A stretch of DNA of 64,000 nucleotides from NCBI GenBank assembly GCA_963818475.1, contig CAWFSF010000003.1, positions 160,001 through 224,000 on the forward strand. The letters are read 5' to 3'. This DNA comes from Nitrospirota bacterium (GTDB lineage: Bacteria; Nitrospirota; UBA9217). A program made the translations under genes and the position numbers. Below, piece after piece: positions 53,267 to 62,586 of the stretch (position 1 is its first letter; the number at the start of each line of letters is the position of its first letter). The notes under the pieces are model-generated. The model had not been told where the DNA came from, did not search any database, and worked only from the letters and a program-made list of their open reading frames with translations.

Positions 53267-55210
53267 ATGGGTAAGAACATCGTTTATAAAATACTTGGAG
53301 TCCCACCTTATGGAAGGAAAGCTCGAGCCCGGCACCGAGATCGCGATCAGGATCGACCAGACCCTTACGCAGGACGCCACCGGCACCATGGCCTACCTCC
53401 AGTTCGAGGCCATGGGAGTTCCGAAGGTGAAAACCGAGCTCTCGGTGAGCTACGTGGACCACAACACCCTTCAGGACGGGTTTGAGAACGCGGACGACCA
53501 CCGCTACCTTCAGACCGTGGCTGCAAAGCACGGCATCTTTTACTCGCGTGCCGGCAACGGCATCTGCCACCAGGTCCACCTCGAACGGTTCGGCAGGCCG
53601 GGCAAGACCCTCCTGGGCTCTGACTCGCACACGCCGACCGGCGGCGGCATCGGCATGATCGCGATCGGCGCAGGCGGTCTGGACGTGGCCGTTGCCATGG
53701 GAGGCGGGCCGTTCTACCTCACCTGCCCCAAGGTCGTTAAAGTGAACCTCACGGGAAAGCTTCAGCCCTGGGTCTCTGCCAAGGACGTCATCCTCACCAT
53801 CCTCAGGATGCTCACGACCAAGGGAAATGTCGGCACGGTGATCGAATACGCGGGCGACGGCGTTAAAACGCTTTCGGTCCCGGAGCGCGCGACCATCACG
53901 AACATGGGCGCGGAACTTGGTGTAACGACCTCGGTCTTCCCGAGCGATGAGGTCACGCGCGCTTTCCTGAAAGCGCAGAAGCGTGAAGGCGACTGGACGG
54001 CCCTCGCAGCTGACACTGACGCAGCCTATCGAGAAGGTGATCGAGCTGGATCTTGCGAGCGTTGAGCCGCTCATGGCAAAACCGCACTCGCCGGACAACA
54101 TCGGCTACTGTTGCCGAGCTGGCAGGAACAAAAGTGGACCAGGTCATGGTCGGGTCCTGCACCAATTCATCCTATCGCGACCTGATGATCGTGGCCTCAA
54201 TGCTCAAAGGCAGGAAGATCGATCCCGATACCAGCTTCGGCGTTGCTCCCGGCTCTCGCCAGGTGCTCGAGATGATCGCGAAGAACGGCGCGCTTGCGGA
54301 CATCATTTCCTCGGGCGCTCGGATACTCGAATCCACCTGCGGCTTCTGCATCGGCAGCGGGCAGGCGCCCCGGACCGATGCGGTCTCGATCCGCACCAGC
54401 AACCGCAACTTCGAGGCGCGCTCCGGCACCAAGAGCGCCAAGGTCTATCTGGCCAGCCCCGAGTCTGCCGTGGCAGCAGCGTTGACCGGCGTTATCACGG
54501 ACCCGCGCGGCCTTGGCATCCCCTATCCGGAGATCAGCCTTCCTGGCGAGTTCTGGATCGAAGATTCCATGATCCTGCCTCCGTCCAAAGAGCCCCAGGC
54601 CGTCTCGATCTACCGCGGCCCCAACATCGGCGCACCGCCCGCTGCCGAGCCGCTGCCGCAAACGATCAAGGGCGTGGTCGCCATCAAGGTCGGCGACAAG
54701 GTCACAACAGACCACATCATGCCTGCCGGGTCGCGGCTGAAATACCGCTCCAACATCCCCAAGTATGCCGAGTTCGTGTTCGAGGGCCTGGACGCATCGT
54801 TCTCAAAGAAGTCGCTGGAGAATAAGAAGGCGGGGGTGCACAACATCGTGATCGCCGGCGTGAGCTACGGCCAGGGATCGAGCCGCGAGCATGCGGCCAT
54901 CTGCCCCATGTACCTGGGGGTAAAAGCCATTGTCGCCAAGTCCTTCGAGCGCATTCACGCCGCGAACCTTATCAACTTCGGCATCCTGCCGCTCACCTTT
55001 GCGAACGAGGCTGATTACGATGTGATCGGTGCGAACGACCAGGTCGAGATCAGCGGGATCATGGATGCGCTCAAGAAGGGTGCGGAGCTTATGCTTTCGG
55101 ACAAGACGAATGGCAAGAACATCGCGCTCAAGTATTCGCTCAGCAGCAGGCAGCGTGACATCCTGCTTGCCGGCGGCATGCTGAACTACACGAAGATGCA
55201 CGCGAAGTAA
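53267..55210 (+). CDS. Aconitate hydratase (single-chain, Aquifex/TIGR01342-like), frameshifted
   Basis: QDATGT, GICHQ, DSHT, GSCTN, CGFCIG, SNRNFE, TTDHI, GSSREHA. Confidence 0.92.
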
Positions 55211-55236
55211 TCTTCGGAAGAAACGTTGCTCAAACC

Positions 55237-55268
55237 AAAAGCCGCGCTCAATTGAGTGCGGCTTTTTT
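55237..55268 (+). terminator. Rho-independent terminator
   Basis: AAAAGCCGCGCTCAATTGAGTGCGGCTTTTTT. Confidence 0.8.
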
Positions 55269-55298
55269 CTTTGCTGGCCCCTGTTCTATTTTTAAAAT

Positions 55299-55347
55299 CC
55301 CCCCTCACCCTACCCTCTCCCCCGAGGGGAGAGGGTAGGGTGAGGGG
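55299..55347. repeat. Perfect CCCCTCACCCTACCCTCTCCCC palindrome
   Basis: CCCCTCACCCTACCCTCTCCCC-GA-GGGGAGAGGGTAGGGTGAGGGG. Confidence 0.85.
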
Positions 55348-55431
55348 TTTTCGTCCGACTTTTCCCTGCCCAAAGGTTCACGGCATTCGTGTTCATTCGC
55401 GTAATTCGTGGTTGATCGCTTCTTTTTGGAA

Positions 55432-55830
55432 CTATATCCTGCTCCTGCACTCCCGATGCCCGCACCTGCACTGCATGCCGTCATCATGCGGCGTTTCACC
55501 ATAGTCCAGAGTCAGCTCTTCCCCGGCTTTGATATCGCGCTTCGCATATATCTCCACCCGGTGCCGAAAAATGCGCATGAAAACATTAGGGCCACAGCTG
55601 TGGTTCAGATGGCGGAGCGCGTTCCCGCGGGTGCAATCCAGCGCATGGGTGTGATCCAGGTCGATGAGGCACATCCGGCACTTGCCCCTTGCCCTCTGGC
55701 GCGCAGTGCGAATGGATATGATCTCGCCGGTGACCTCTCCGATCTTTGCACGGCGAGGGATCCGGGTGGCTGCGAAAACGCCCGTGCCCTCGATGGCGCT
55801 TCGTCCGGATTTTACTTCGTAGTTGAGCAT
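55432..55830 (-). CDS. SET-domain protein-lysine methyltransferase with post-SET cysteines
   Basis: GTGVFA, LRHLNHSCGPN, GEELTLDY, CRCG..ECR. Confidence 0.9.
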   Translation of the reverse strand: MLNYEVKSGRSAIEGTGVFAATRIPRRAKIGEVTGEIISIRTARQRARGKCRMCLIDLDHTHALDCTRGNALRHLNHSCGPNVFMRIFRHRVEIYAKRDIKAGEELTLDYGETPHDDGMQCRCGHRECRSRI

Positions 55831-55892
55831 ATCGTGCGGCTTCTCCTTGAAGGTTTTGCAGTAGTTACCGAAGTCTTGGTTTGGTCATTATC

Positions 55893-55970
55893 TACCACGG
55901 AGACACGGGTCACGGAGAAGAACAGTAGACGTGACGTGGCTTTTCTCCGTGTCTCCGTGCCTCCGTGGTT
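55893..55970. repeat. CACGGAG-unit inverted element
   Basis: ACCACGGAGACACGGGTCACGGAGAA ... TTCTCCGTGTCTCCGTGCCTCCGTGGT. Confidence 0.8.
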
Positions 55971-56074
55971 ATATTCGATTTAGTGCTGCTGGTCACATAT
56001 GTTGCCACCGGACAAAACAAAACCGCACCATAAGAGGTGCGGCTGGTGGGATAGATGATCCATCGGACCAACGA

Positions 56075-57100
56075 TCACAGTTTCACGTCCCTCAGATATT
56101 TTGCAGCGGCTTCTGGCGGCGTGTGATTGATATAAAAACCGGAGCCGCGCTCGAATCCCTCAACGCGGGTAAGCCGCGGCATGATCTCGAGATGCCAGTG
56201 AAAATCGTCGCTCAGCGTGTGCCAGTGCCCGCGGCGCGGCACCCGGTTCGGAGCAGTGTACAGCATATAGTTATACGGTGGATTGTTCAGGACCATCCCG
56301 AGCCGCTTGAGGGTATGCTTCAGTGTCCGCGCGAAATCCATGGTCTCTTCTTTCGTCACGTCCGTGTACGAGCAGAGATGTTTCTTGGGATAGATCCAGG
56401 TCTCAAAAGGAAAGCGCGGCGCAAAGGGCGCCATGACCAGAAAATGGCGGGTCTCCTCGATGATCCGCTCGGGTGTTGCCAGCTCCTGCCTGATGATGTC
56501 GCAGAAGATGCAGCGCTCTTTGTAATCATAATACGATTTGGCCCCGTCCAGCTTTTCCTTGACGAGCTTGGGTATGACCGGCGTGGCGATGATCTGGGAA
56601 TGGGTGTGGTTTACCAGGGAACCGGCCGTCCAGCCCTGGTTCTTGAAGATGAGCACGTACCGGAGACGGCTGTCACGCTCGAGGTCGAGGATGCGGTCGC
56701 GGTAGGCCCAGAGGACCTTTTCGACCTGGCTCTCGGGAAGGTCCTCGAGCCTGAGTGCATGCTCCGGGCTTTCGATGATGAGCTCGTGGGCGCCGATGCC
56801 GTTCATGGTGTCATAGATGCCGGTGCCTTCGCGCTCAAGGCTCCCTTCGATGTGCAGGACAGGATACTTGCTGGGTATGACCCGCACCCACCAACCGGCG
56901 GTATTGGGCTGCGTTTTTTCTGCGCGGAATGCGGCGATCTCCGGAGGGGTCTTGGCTTCGTTGCCCGAGCAGAAGGGGCATTCGGCAGGGGTCACATCAT
57001 CGGCAGGTTCTTCGAAGATATATTCTTCCGGCTTCTTCGGCCGGTCATTGGCGACAATGATCCACCGGCCTACAATAGGGTCTTTCCGCAGCCGGGACAT
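56075..57100 (-). CDS. galT: Galactose-1-phosphate uridylyltransferase family
   Basis: LRKDP, CPFC.GNE, HTHSQ, CIFC, HWHLEI. Confidence 0.9.
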   Translation of the reverse strand: MSRLRKDPIVGRWIIVANDRPKKPEEYIFEEPADDVTPAECPFCSGNEAKTPPEIAAFRAEKTQPNTAGWWVRVIPSKYPVLHIEGSLEREGTGIYDTMNGIGAHELIIESPEHALRLEDLPESQVEKVLWAYRDRILDLERDSRLRYVLIFKNQGWTAGSLVNHTHSQIIATPVIPKLVKEKLDGAKSYYDYKERCIFCDIIRQELATPERIIEETRHFLVMAPFAPRFPFETWIYPKKHLCSYTDVTKEETMDFARTLKHTLKRLGMVLNNPPYNYMLYTAPNRVPRRGHWHTLSDDFHWHLEIMPRLTRVEGFERGSGFYINHTPPEAAAKYLRDVKL

Positions 57101-57477
57101 CAGCTTCCCGACCTCGCCTGCTTCTCGGTAAGGACCTTGTGAACGATCCGCTTCAGTTCTTTGATGCGGATGGGCTTGTTGATGTATTCCGCAACGCCCA
57201 GGCTCATTGCCTTAAGATAGGTTTCGACCTCGCCATAGGCCGTGACCATGATCACATCGGTCTTCGAGCCGGTCTTCCGGAGTTCCTGCACCAGCTGCAG
57301 ACCATCCATCACCGGCATCTTAATGTCCGTTATCACCAGGTCAAAGGAATTGCCGCCGAACAACGCAAGCGCTTCGGCCCCATCATTGGCAAGGGTGATC
57401 GTGTGTCCTTCGTCCGCGAGAATGGTAAAAAAAAGTTCGCGTGCGCCTTCTTCATCATCAGCAACAAGAATCTTCAT
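57100..57477 (-). CDS. Stand-alone response regulator
   Basis: ADDE, TDIKMP, TAYG, KP. Confidence 0.9.
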   Translation of the reverse strand: MKILVADDEEGARELFFTILADEGHTITLANDGAEALALFGGNSFDLVITDIKMPVMDGLQLVQELRKTGSKTDVIMVTAYGEVETYLKAMSLGVAEYINKPIRIKELKRIVHKVLTEKQARSGS

Positions 57478-57625
57478 CTGCTCTCCAACCGCCTCTTCTT
57501 TTGAAACATCGTCAGTGTATGAAAAATATCACAAAAACCGTGAATCGTCAAGGTACGGCAAAGGGGAGCGGGGCAGTGCGCAAGAGCAAAAGTTTTCGTA
57601 TTCCATGCCCTAGGCGTATGAAATA

Positions 57626-58390
57626 TCAATGGTTTATGTCGTACAGCAGCCGGAGGCCTTCCAGCGTCAGCTGCGGTTTTATTTCCTGGATGCTCCTCGT
57701 CTCGGGTGAAACGAGTTCGGCAAGCCCTCCGGTCGCCACAACGCGGGCATCGGAGGCAAGCTCCTTCTTCATGCGCTCCACGATGCCGTCCACCAGCCCG
57801 GCATACCCATAGATGATTCCAGCCTGCATGGCGCTGATGGTATCGCGGCCGATGACCTTCTGGGGCTTGGACAGCTCCACCCGTGGCAATTTCGATGCAC
57901 GTTGAAACAGCGCTTCCGCGGAGATCTTGATGCCGGGAGTGATGGCGCCGCCAAGGTATTCTCCGTCTTTGGTCACCGCGCAGAACGTGGTCGCCGTGCC
58001 GAAGTCCACGATGATGAGCGGCCCGCCGAAGAGCTTGAATGCGGCCGCGGCGTTCACGATGCGGTCCGCGCCCACTTCCTTCGGGTTGTCGTAGCGGATC
58101 GTGATGCCGGTCTTGAGCTCGTGGGTCACGATCATCGGTTCGATCCGGAAATATTTTTGGGACATTTCGACCATGACCGGCAGGAGCGGCGGCACCACGG
58201 TCGAAATGATAACGCCCGTGATCTGCTTGAACTCGAGCCCGGCAAAGCCGAAGAGGTCCTTGAAGATCATGGCATACTCATCCGGCGTGATCTGCGCGTT
58301 CGTTCCTACGCGCCAGTTCTCAACGAGCCGCTCTTTGTCGAACACGCCGAGCACGACGTTCGTGTTGCCGATATCGATGGCAAGAAGCAT
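57626..58390 (-). CDS. coaX: Type III pantothenate kinase
   Basis: IDIGNTN, VGADR, VDFGTATT, ATGG. Confidence 0.95.
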   Translation of the reverse strand: MLLAIDIGNTNVVLGVFDKERLVENWRVGTNAQITPDEYAMIFKDLFGFAGLEFKQITGVIISTVVPPLLPVMVEMSQKYFRIEPMIVTHELKTGITIRYDNPKEVGADRIVNAAAAFKLFGGPLIIVDFGTATTFCAVTKDGEYLGGAITPGIKISAEALFQRASKLPRVELSKPQKVIGRDTISAMQAGIIYGYAGLVDGIVERMKKELASDARVVATGGLAELVSPETRSIQEIKPQLTLEGLRLLYDINH

Positions 58391-58406
58391 GGTTCCTCCG
58401 GGAACG

Positions 58407-58496
58407 AGTAGGGTCAAGTAGCATGGAGCAAGGATAAACAAAAATTATCCGGCTTGTCTAAGCTCCTTGCTACTTGCTACTTGACCCTTGCCCCTG
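58407..58496. repeat. 7-mer-unit inverted element overlapping the birA stop
   Basis: GAGTAGGGTCAAGTAGCATGGAGCAAGGA ... TCCTTGCTACTTGCTACTTGACCCTTGCCC. Confidence 0.7.
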
Positions 58497-59465
58497 TTTT
58501 TTAACGATCGTCACATCCCCTGCCGCGACGATCCGTATCGTATTGTCATCAAGCGCGACCATGAGCCTGCCTTCAGGGTCGATGCCCTGCGCCAGGCCTT
58601 CAAAGACCTCGCCCATGCCGCTTACCGTTACGCGGCGGCCTATGGTCATGTTCAGCTGTTCCCATGCCTTCAGCACTTCACTCTCGCTGCGCAGGAAGAT
58701 CCGGTACCAGTGCTCAAGGTCGTGCAGAATCTGCTGAACAAGCAGTTTGCGGTCTATATTCGCGCCGGTTTCTGCGGCCAGGGTCGTTGCGTGCATCCTG
58801 ACATCCGGGGGCAGCTCCTGGAGATCCATATTCACATCAACCCCGATGCCCAGGGCAATGTGCCGTATCCGGTCCGGCTCGGCGCTCATCTCGGTAAGCA
58901 GGCCGGCCGCCTTTTTTCCGGAGATGAGGATGTCGTTGGGCCACTTGATCGCCGCCTGAACAGAACAGTGCTTCCTGATCGCCGTAGCCACGGCCACTGC
59001 CCCCACCAGCGTGATGAGCGGAGCCTTATGCGTAGGGATCTGCGGCCGCAGGATGACGCTCAAGTACAGGTTCCCCCGGGGCGAGATCCATGTTCTGCCG
59101 AGCCGGCCCTTGCCGCCGGTCTGCGTCTCGGCGATGATGACCGTGCCCTCGGGCGCGCCCTGCGACGCCGCCTCCATGGCCAGCGTGTTCGTGGAAACAA
59201 CCTCGGGGAACAGGCGAATGTCCTTGCCAATGCTCCTGGTCTTGAGCCCACGACCCAGATCGGTCTGCCGGAGCGTATCTGGCACAAGGGTGATCCTGTA
59301 TCCCTGGGATGGAACCGCCTCGATCCCGAAACCTTCGCGCTCAAGCGCCTTGATATGCTTCCACACCATGGTGCGGGAGATGCCGAGCCGCGTTGCCAGG
59401 GCTGCGCCGGAAAGGAAGGCGGTCTTGGACGACTGCAGGAGCTGAAGGATTTTATCTTTGGACAT
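58470..59465 (-). CDS. birA: Bifunctional biotin ligase/repressor
   Basis: N-terminal HTH, STN, QTGGKGRLGR, KWPND, GIGVDVN. Confidence 0.95.
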   Translation of the reverse strand: MSKDKILQLLQSSKTAFLSGAALATRLGISRTMVWKHIKALEREGFGIEAVPSQGYRITLVPDTLRQTDLGRGLKTRSIGKDIRLFPEVVSTNTLAMEAASQGAPEGTVIIAETQTGGKGRLGRTWISPRGNLYLSVILRPQIPTHKAPLITLVGAVAVATAIRKHCSVQAAIKWPNDILISGKKAAGLLTEMSAEPDRIRHIALGIGVDVNMDLQELPPDVRMHATTLAAETGANIDRKLLVQQILHDLEHWYRIFLRSESEVLKAWEQLNMTIGRRVTVSGMGEVFEGLAQGIDPEGRLMVALDDNTIRIVAAGDVTIVKKQGQGSSSK

Positions 59466-59555
59466 AATACACCAGGGGATAGGATCCAGGAGTCAGGGTT
59501 CAGGCAATGAAAAAAGCCTCGCCCTGCTTACTACTGTACTCTGATCCCCACCCTG

Positions 59556-60384
59556 CTACTTGATCTTCATGCTGACATCCGCTGCAGGCGCCGAGTGGGT
59601 GAGGCTTCCCGAGGAGATGAGGTCGACCCCGGTCTCCGCAATATGCCGCACGGTCTCAAGCGTAACATTGCCCGATGCTTCGACCAGCGCCTGCCCCTTG
59701 ATCATCTTTACCGCTTCACGCATGACGTCGATCGGCATGTTGTCCAGCATGATGATATCCGCCTTCACTGCCAGCGCTTCCCGCACTTCGCCGAGATTTT
59801 TTGTCTCGACCTCGATCTTGAGGAGGTGGTGGGCTTTCTTTCTTGCATGCTCGATTGCGAGCGTGATACTGCCCACTGCTTTAATATGATTGTCCTTGAT
59901 CAGCACGCCGTCGGACAAGCCCGAACCGGTGGTTCCTGCCGCCGCCCATGCGCACGGCATATTTTTCGAGCATGCGCAGACCGGGCAGGGTCTTCCGCGT
60001 GTCCAGCACTTCGGTATGCAGACCTTTGACCTTTTCGACGTACGCTGCCGTCAGCGTTGCGATCCCCGACAGGTGCTGCAGCAGGTTCAGAGCCACCCGT
60101 TCCCCGGCAAGCAGTGCCCGCGTGTTCCCGAACAAACGGGCCAGTTCGGAACCTGCGTGAATGACCTCGCCGTCTTTCGCGAATGGCGAGAACTGAATGG
60201 CCGGATCGAGCTGGCGAAACACTTCCCTGGCCACATCGATCCCGGCAAGCACGAGATGCTGTTTGGCAAGGATCACAGCTTCCGACGTGGATTCGGCCGG
60301 GATCGTGGCTTCGGACGTAATGTCGCCATGTCCAAGGTCTTCGACGAGTGCGTTTGCGATAAGGTTTTTCAGATTGAAATCCAA
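59556..60384 (-). CDS. nadC: Nicotinate-nucleotide pyrophosphorylase (frameshift near 59915)
   Basis: GDITS, ERVALN, DTRKT, LIKDNH, IMLDN, EASGN. Confidence 0.93.
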
Positions 60385-60615
60385 ATTTCTATGATCTCCC
60401 GTTCAGTTCTTTCCCGCATAAAGGTTCCCAACACACTAAGAGCAAAGCTTTGACGCTAATAATATCGTCTTTAAAATTCAATTGCAACCAATTAATATTT
60501 AAAGGTATTTATTAATCCCAGAGACGTCAATAAGAAGCGCTGGTAGGTCAGTATCAATGAGAACGACCTGGGCGCTCCCTTGATATGCATGCTGAGAATG
60601 CCCCGGTATTCCTCG

Positions 60616-62361
60616 TTATGGTTTAATCTTGTCGAGTAGCTTCATGAAATTCCGTTTCAGCTTGTGCGTAACACGGACGGCCAGCAGGAAGTCGGTAAAA
60701 CCCTCATCCTGGTTCAAACGGTGCTGAAGCAACTGTATCTTACGGATCAGCGCGGCTGCTTCTTCATATGCCCGATTGTCCTTGCGGTATGCAATAGGGT
60801 CGATCCATTTTTTGTAAACCATTATTGCATCTGCGGGATGATCTTTCTCCCGGACAGCTGCCAGCTTCATCCATAGTTGCTCTGAACAACCGCCGGTCTG
60901 CGCTTCAGACCACGCGGCATCGGAATCCTTTTCCCAGAGGAAGATCTCAACCAACAGGGAGTTATCAGGGCCAACGAAGCCCCATGATCTGAGCGTCGAT
61001 TTCCGTTTTCTCGCTTCAATTTCTTTTCTGATGAAATCCAGCGATTTATCGCGCCATGACTGCCACTGGCCGATTCCATCCGCATTTTTCTTGAGCTTTC
61101 CGTAAGTCTCCAGACTAGCGCGCTCGACGAACTCCAGCCACATGAGTTTCATGGCCTCGTCATGACGTTTGCTCCGGTGATACGCGGCAGCCAGAAAATC
61201 GCGGAGGCGGGAATCAGTCCGCTCGGGAAACGCATTAAGCCCAGCCTCGGCCCACTCCAGGGACTTATCCTGCTTATTGGCCTTAGTGTAGAGCTCAGCA
61301 ATCTGAAAATAATAATAGGCAGAGGAAAGATCGCGTTTCTTGATATCCACCATGGCCTCGACATCGCCGGACAATTCAGCCAGGGTTTCCATGATATGGG
61401 TGATATTGAATCGTCTGTGTGAATGTTCTTCCCGATCTTCTTTGCGTGGTCCCTTCGGCTTGATTTGTTTCCATTGCTCTTCAGCAAGACCGCGGTAGAT
61501 TGTGAGTCCCTTTTTCCCGAGGATTGATGCATACGCTTTCGCCGCGCCGTAAAAAACATCCCACTCGCCGTTCAGTTCTTTCTCAAAAAGGCGTTCGGCA
61601 AGCTTCTCCGGATCAGGCTTGGCCTTGCGACATGCGGCAAGATGTATCTCCTGTAATCGATGGAGCATATCGCCCATCTCGCCATTCGAATCGTCTACCG
61701 ACTGTATCGCGATCTCAACTTCGTCGATCGCATACTCGGCAAGCTCAATGACCTCCGTTGCATGGCCATCCTTCAGCAGATCTTCGATCGTATCAAAAAC
61801 ATTGTCCACGTTCCTTGTGTAACCCCGCATGGCGTGGTAATCCACGAAATCGCCCGGGTCGATGGCGTTGCGGATGATCTTCTTCAATGCGCAGAGGTTG
61901 CGCCCGCCCGGCAGCTTCTTCGCCGTCTGCATGAACAGCTTCTCGCGCAGATGGTCGTCGTCCTGCGCCTGTTGCAGGATCATCTCGACGAGAGCGTCTT
62001 TCTCAAGAGCTTCCAGGTGGCTCTTCACGTCCTTCATCGTGATCTCGGCTTTAGCAGCCTTACTGCCTTTTTCGCCCTTATCTTTGCTTCCGCCTTCTAT
62101 CCAGGCCAGACCCACAGCCACGCAGTGCTTGCAGAATATGTCTTCGTCGCCCATGGGGCAGGTGCAGGAGTGTTCCACCTCACCATCATCAAATTGAAGT
62201 TTGACTGTGTACGTGCGAGTTCCCTTGACCGTGGCTGTTATTGTACCGTTATACTCGGTTATTGATTGAACCAAACCGAGAGCTAAGTACTGTTCTCCAC
62301 GATCGAAGGAACTCGGATCAGCGATACGGCGGATGGCGTTGAGGGTCAAAACAGCTATCAT
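60616..62361 (-). CDS. SWIM zinc-finger domain protein with a helical C-terminus
   Basis: RG..Y, CTCP...FCKHCVA (CxC..CxH SWIM). Confidence 0.85.
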   Translation of the reverse strand: MIAVLTLNAIRRIADPSSFDRGEQYLALGLVQSITEYNGTITATVKGTRTYTVKLQFDDGEVEHSCTCPMGDEDIFCKHCVAVGLAWIEGGSKDKGEKGSKAAKAEITMKDVKSHLEALEKDALVEMILQQAQDDDHLREKLFMQTAKKLPGGRNLCALKKIIRNAIDPGDFVDYHAMRGYTRNVDNVFDTIEDLLKDGHATEVIELAEYAIDEVEIAIQSVDDSNGEMGDMLHRLQEIHLAACRKAKPDPEKLAERLFEKELNGEWDVFYGAAKAYASILGKKGLTIYRGLAEEQWKQIKPKGPRKEDREEHSHRRFNITHIMETLAELSGDVEAMVDIKKRDLSSAYYYFQIAELYTKANKQDKSLEWAEAGLNAFPERTDSRLRDFLAAAYHRSKRHDEAMKLMWLEFVERASLETYGKLKKNADGIGQWQSWRDKSLDFIRKEIEARKRKSTLRSWGFVGPDNSLLVEIFLWEKDSDAAWSEAQTGGCSEQLWMKLAAVREKDHPADAIMVYKKWIDPIAYRKDNRAYEEAAALIRKIQLLQHRLNQDEGFTDFLLAVRVTHKLKRNFMKLLDKIKP

Positions 62362-62429
62362 GAACTTATTCCTGTCCCCAGATGCGATGTGATGCTGCCA
62401 TATGAGATTGTCGAATCATGCCGACAATT

Positions 62430-62563
62430 GACGGGCTGTTGCCCAAATCACATTACGACGATAATGTCATTCTGAGCGTAGCGAAGAATCTCGCATAAAC
62501 AACATGATAGCGGACCCTTCACTACGTTCAAGGTGACAAATTGGGTTTGGGCAACAGCCCGTC
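62430..62563. mobile_element. MITE with 18-bp perfect TIRs enclosing a GTCATTCTGAGCG..GCGAAGAATC-type palindromic core
   Basis: GACGGGCTGTTGCCCAAA / TTTGGGCAACAGCCCGTC. Confidence 0.8.
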
Positions 62564-62586
62564 GAGATTTTACTCCCGAATTTTTT

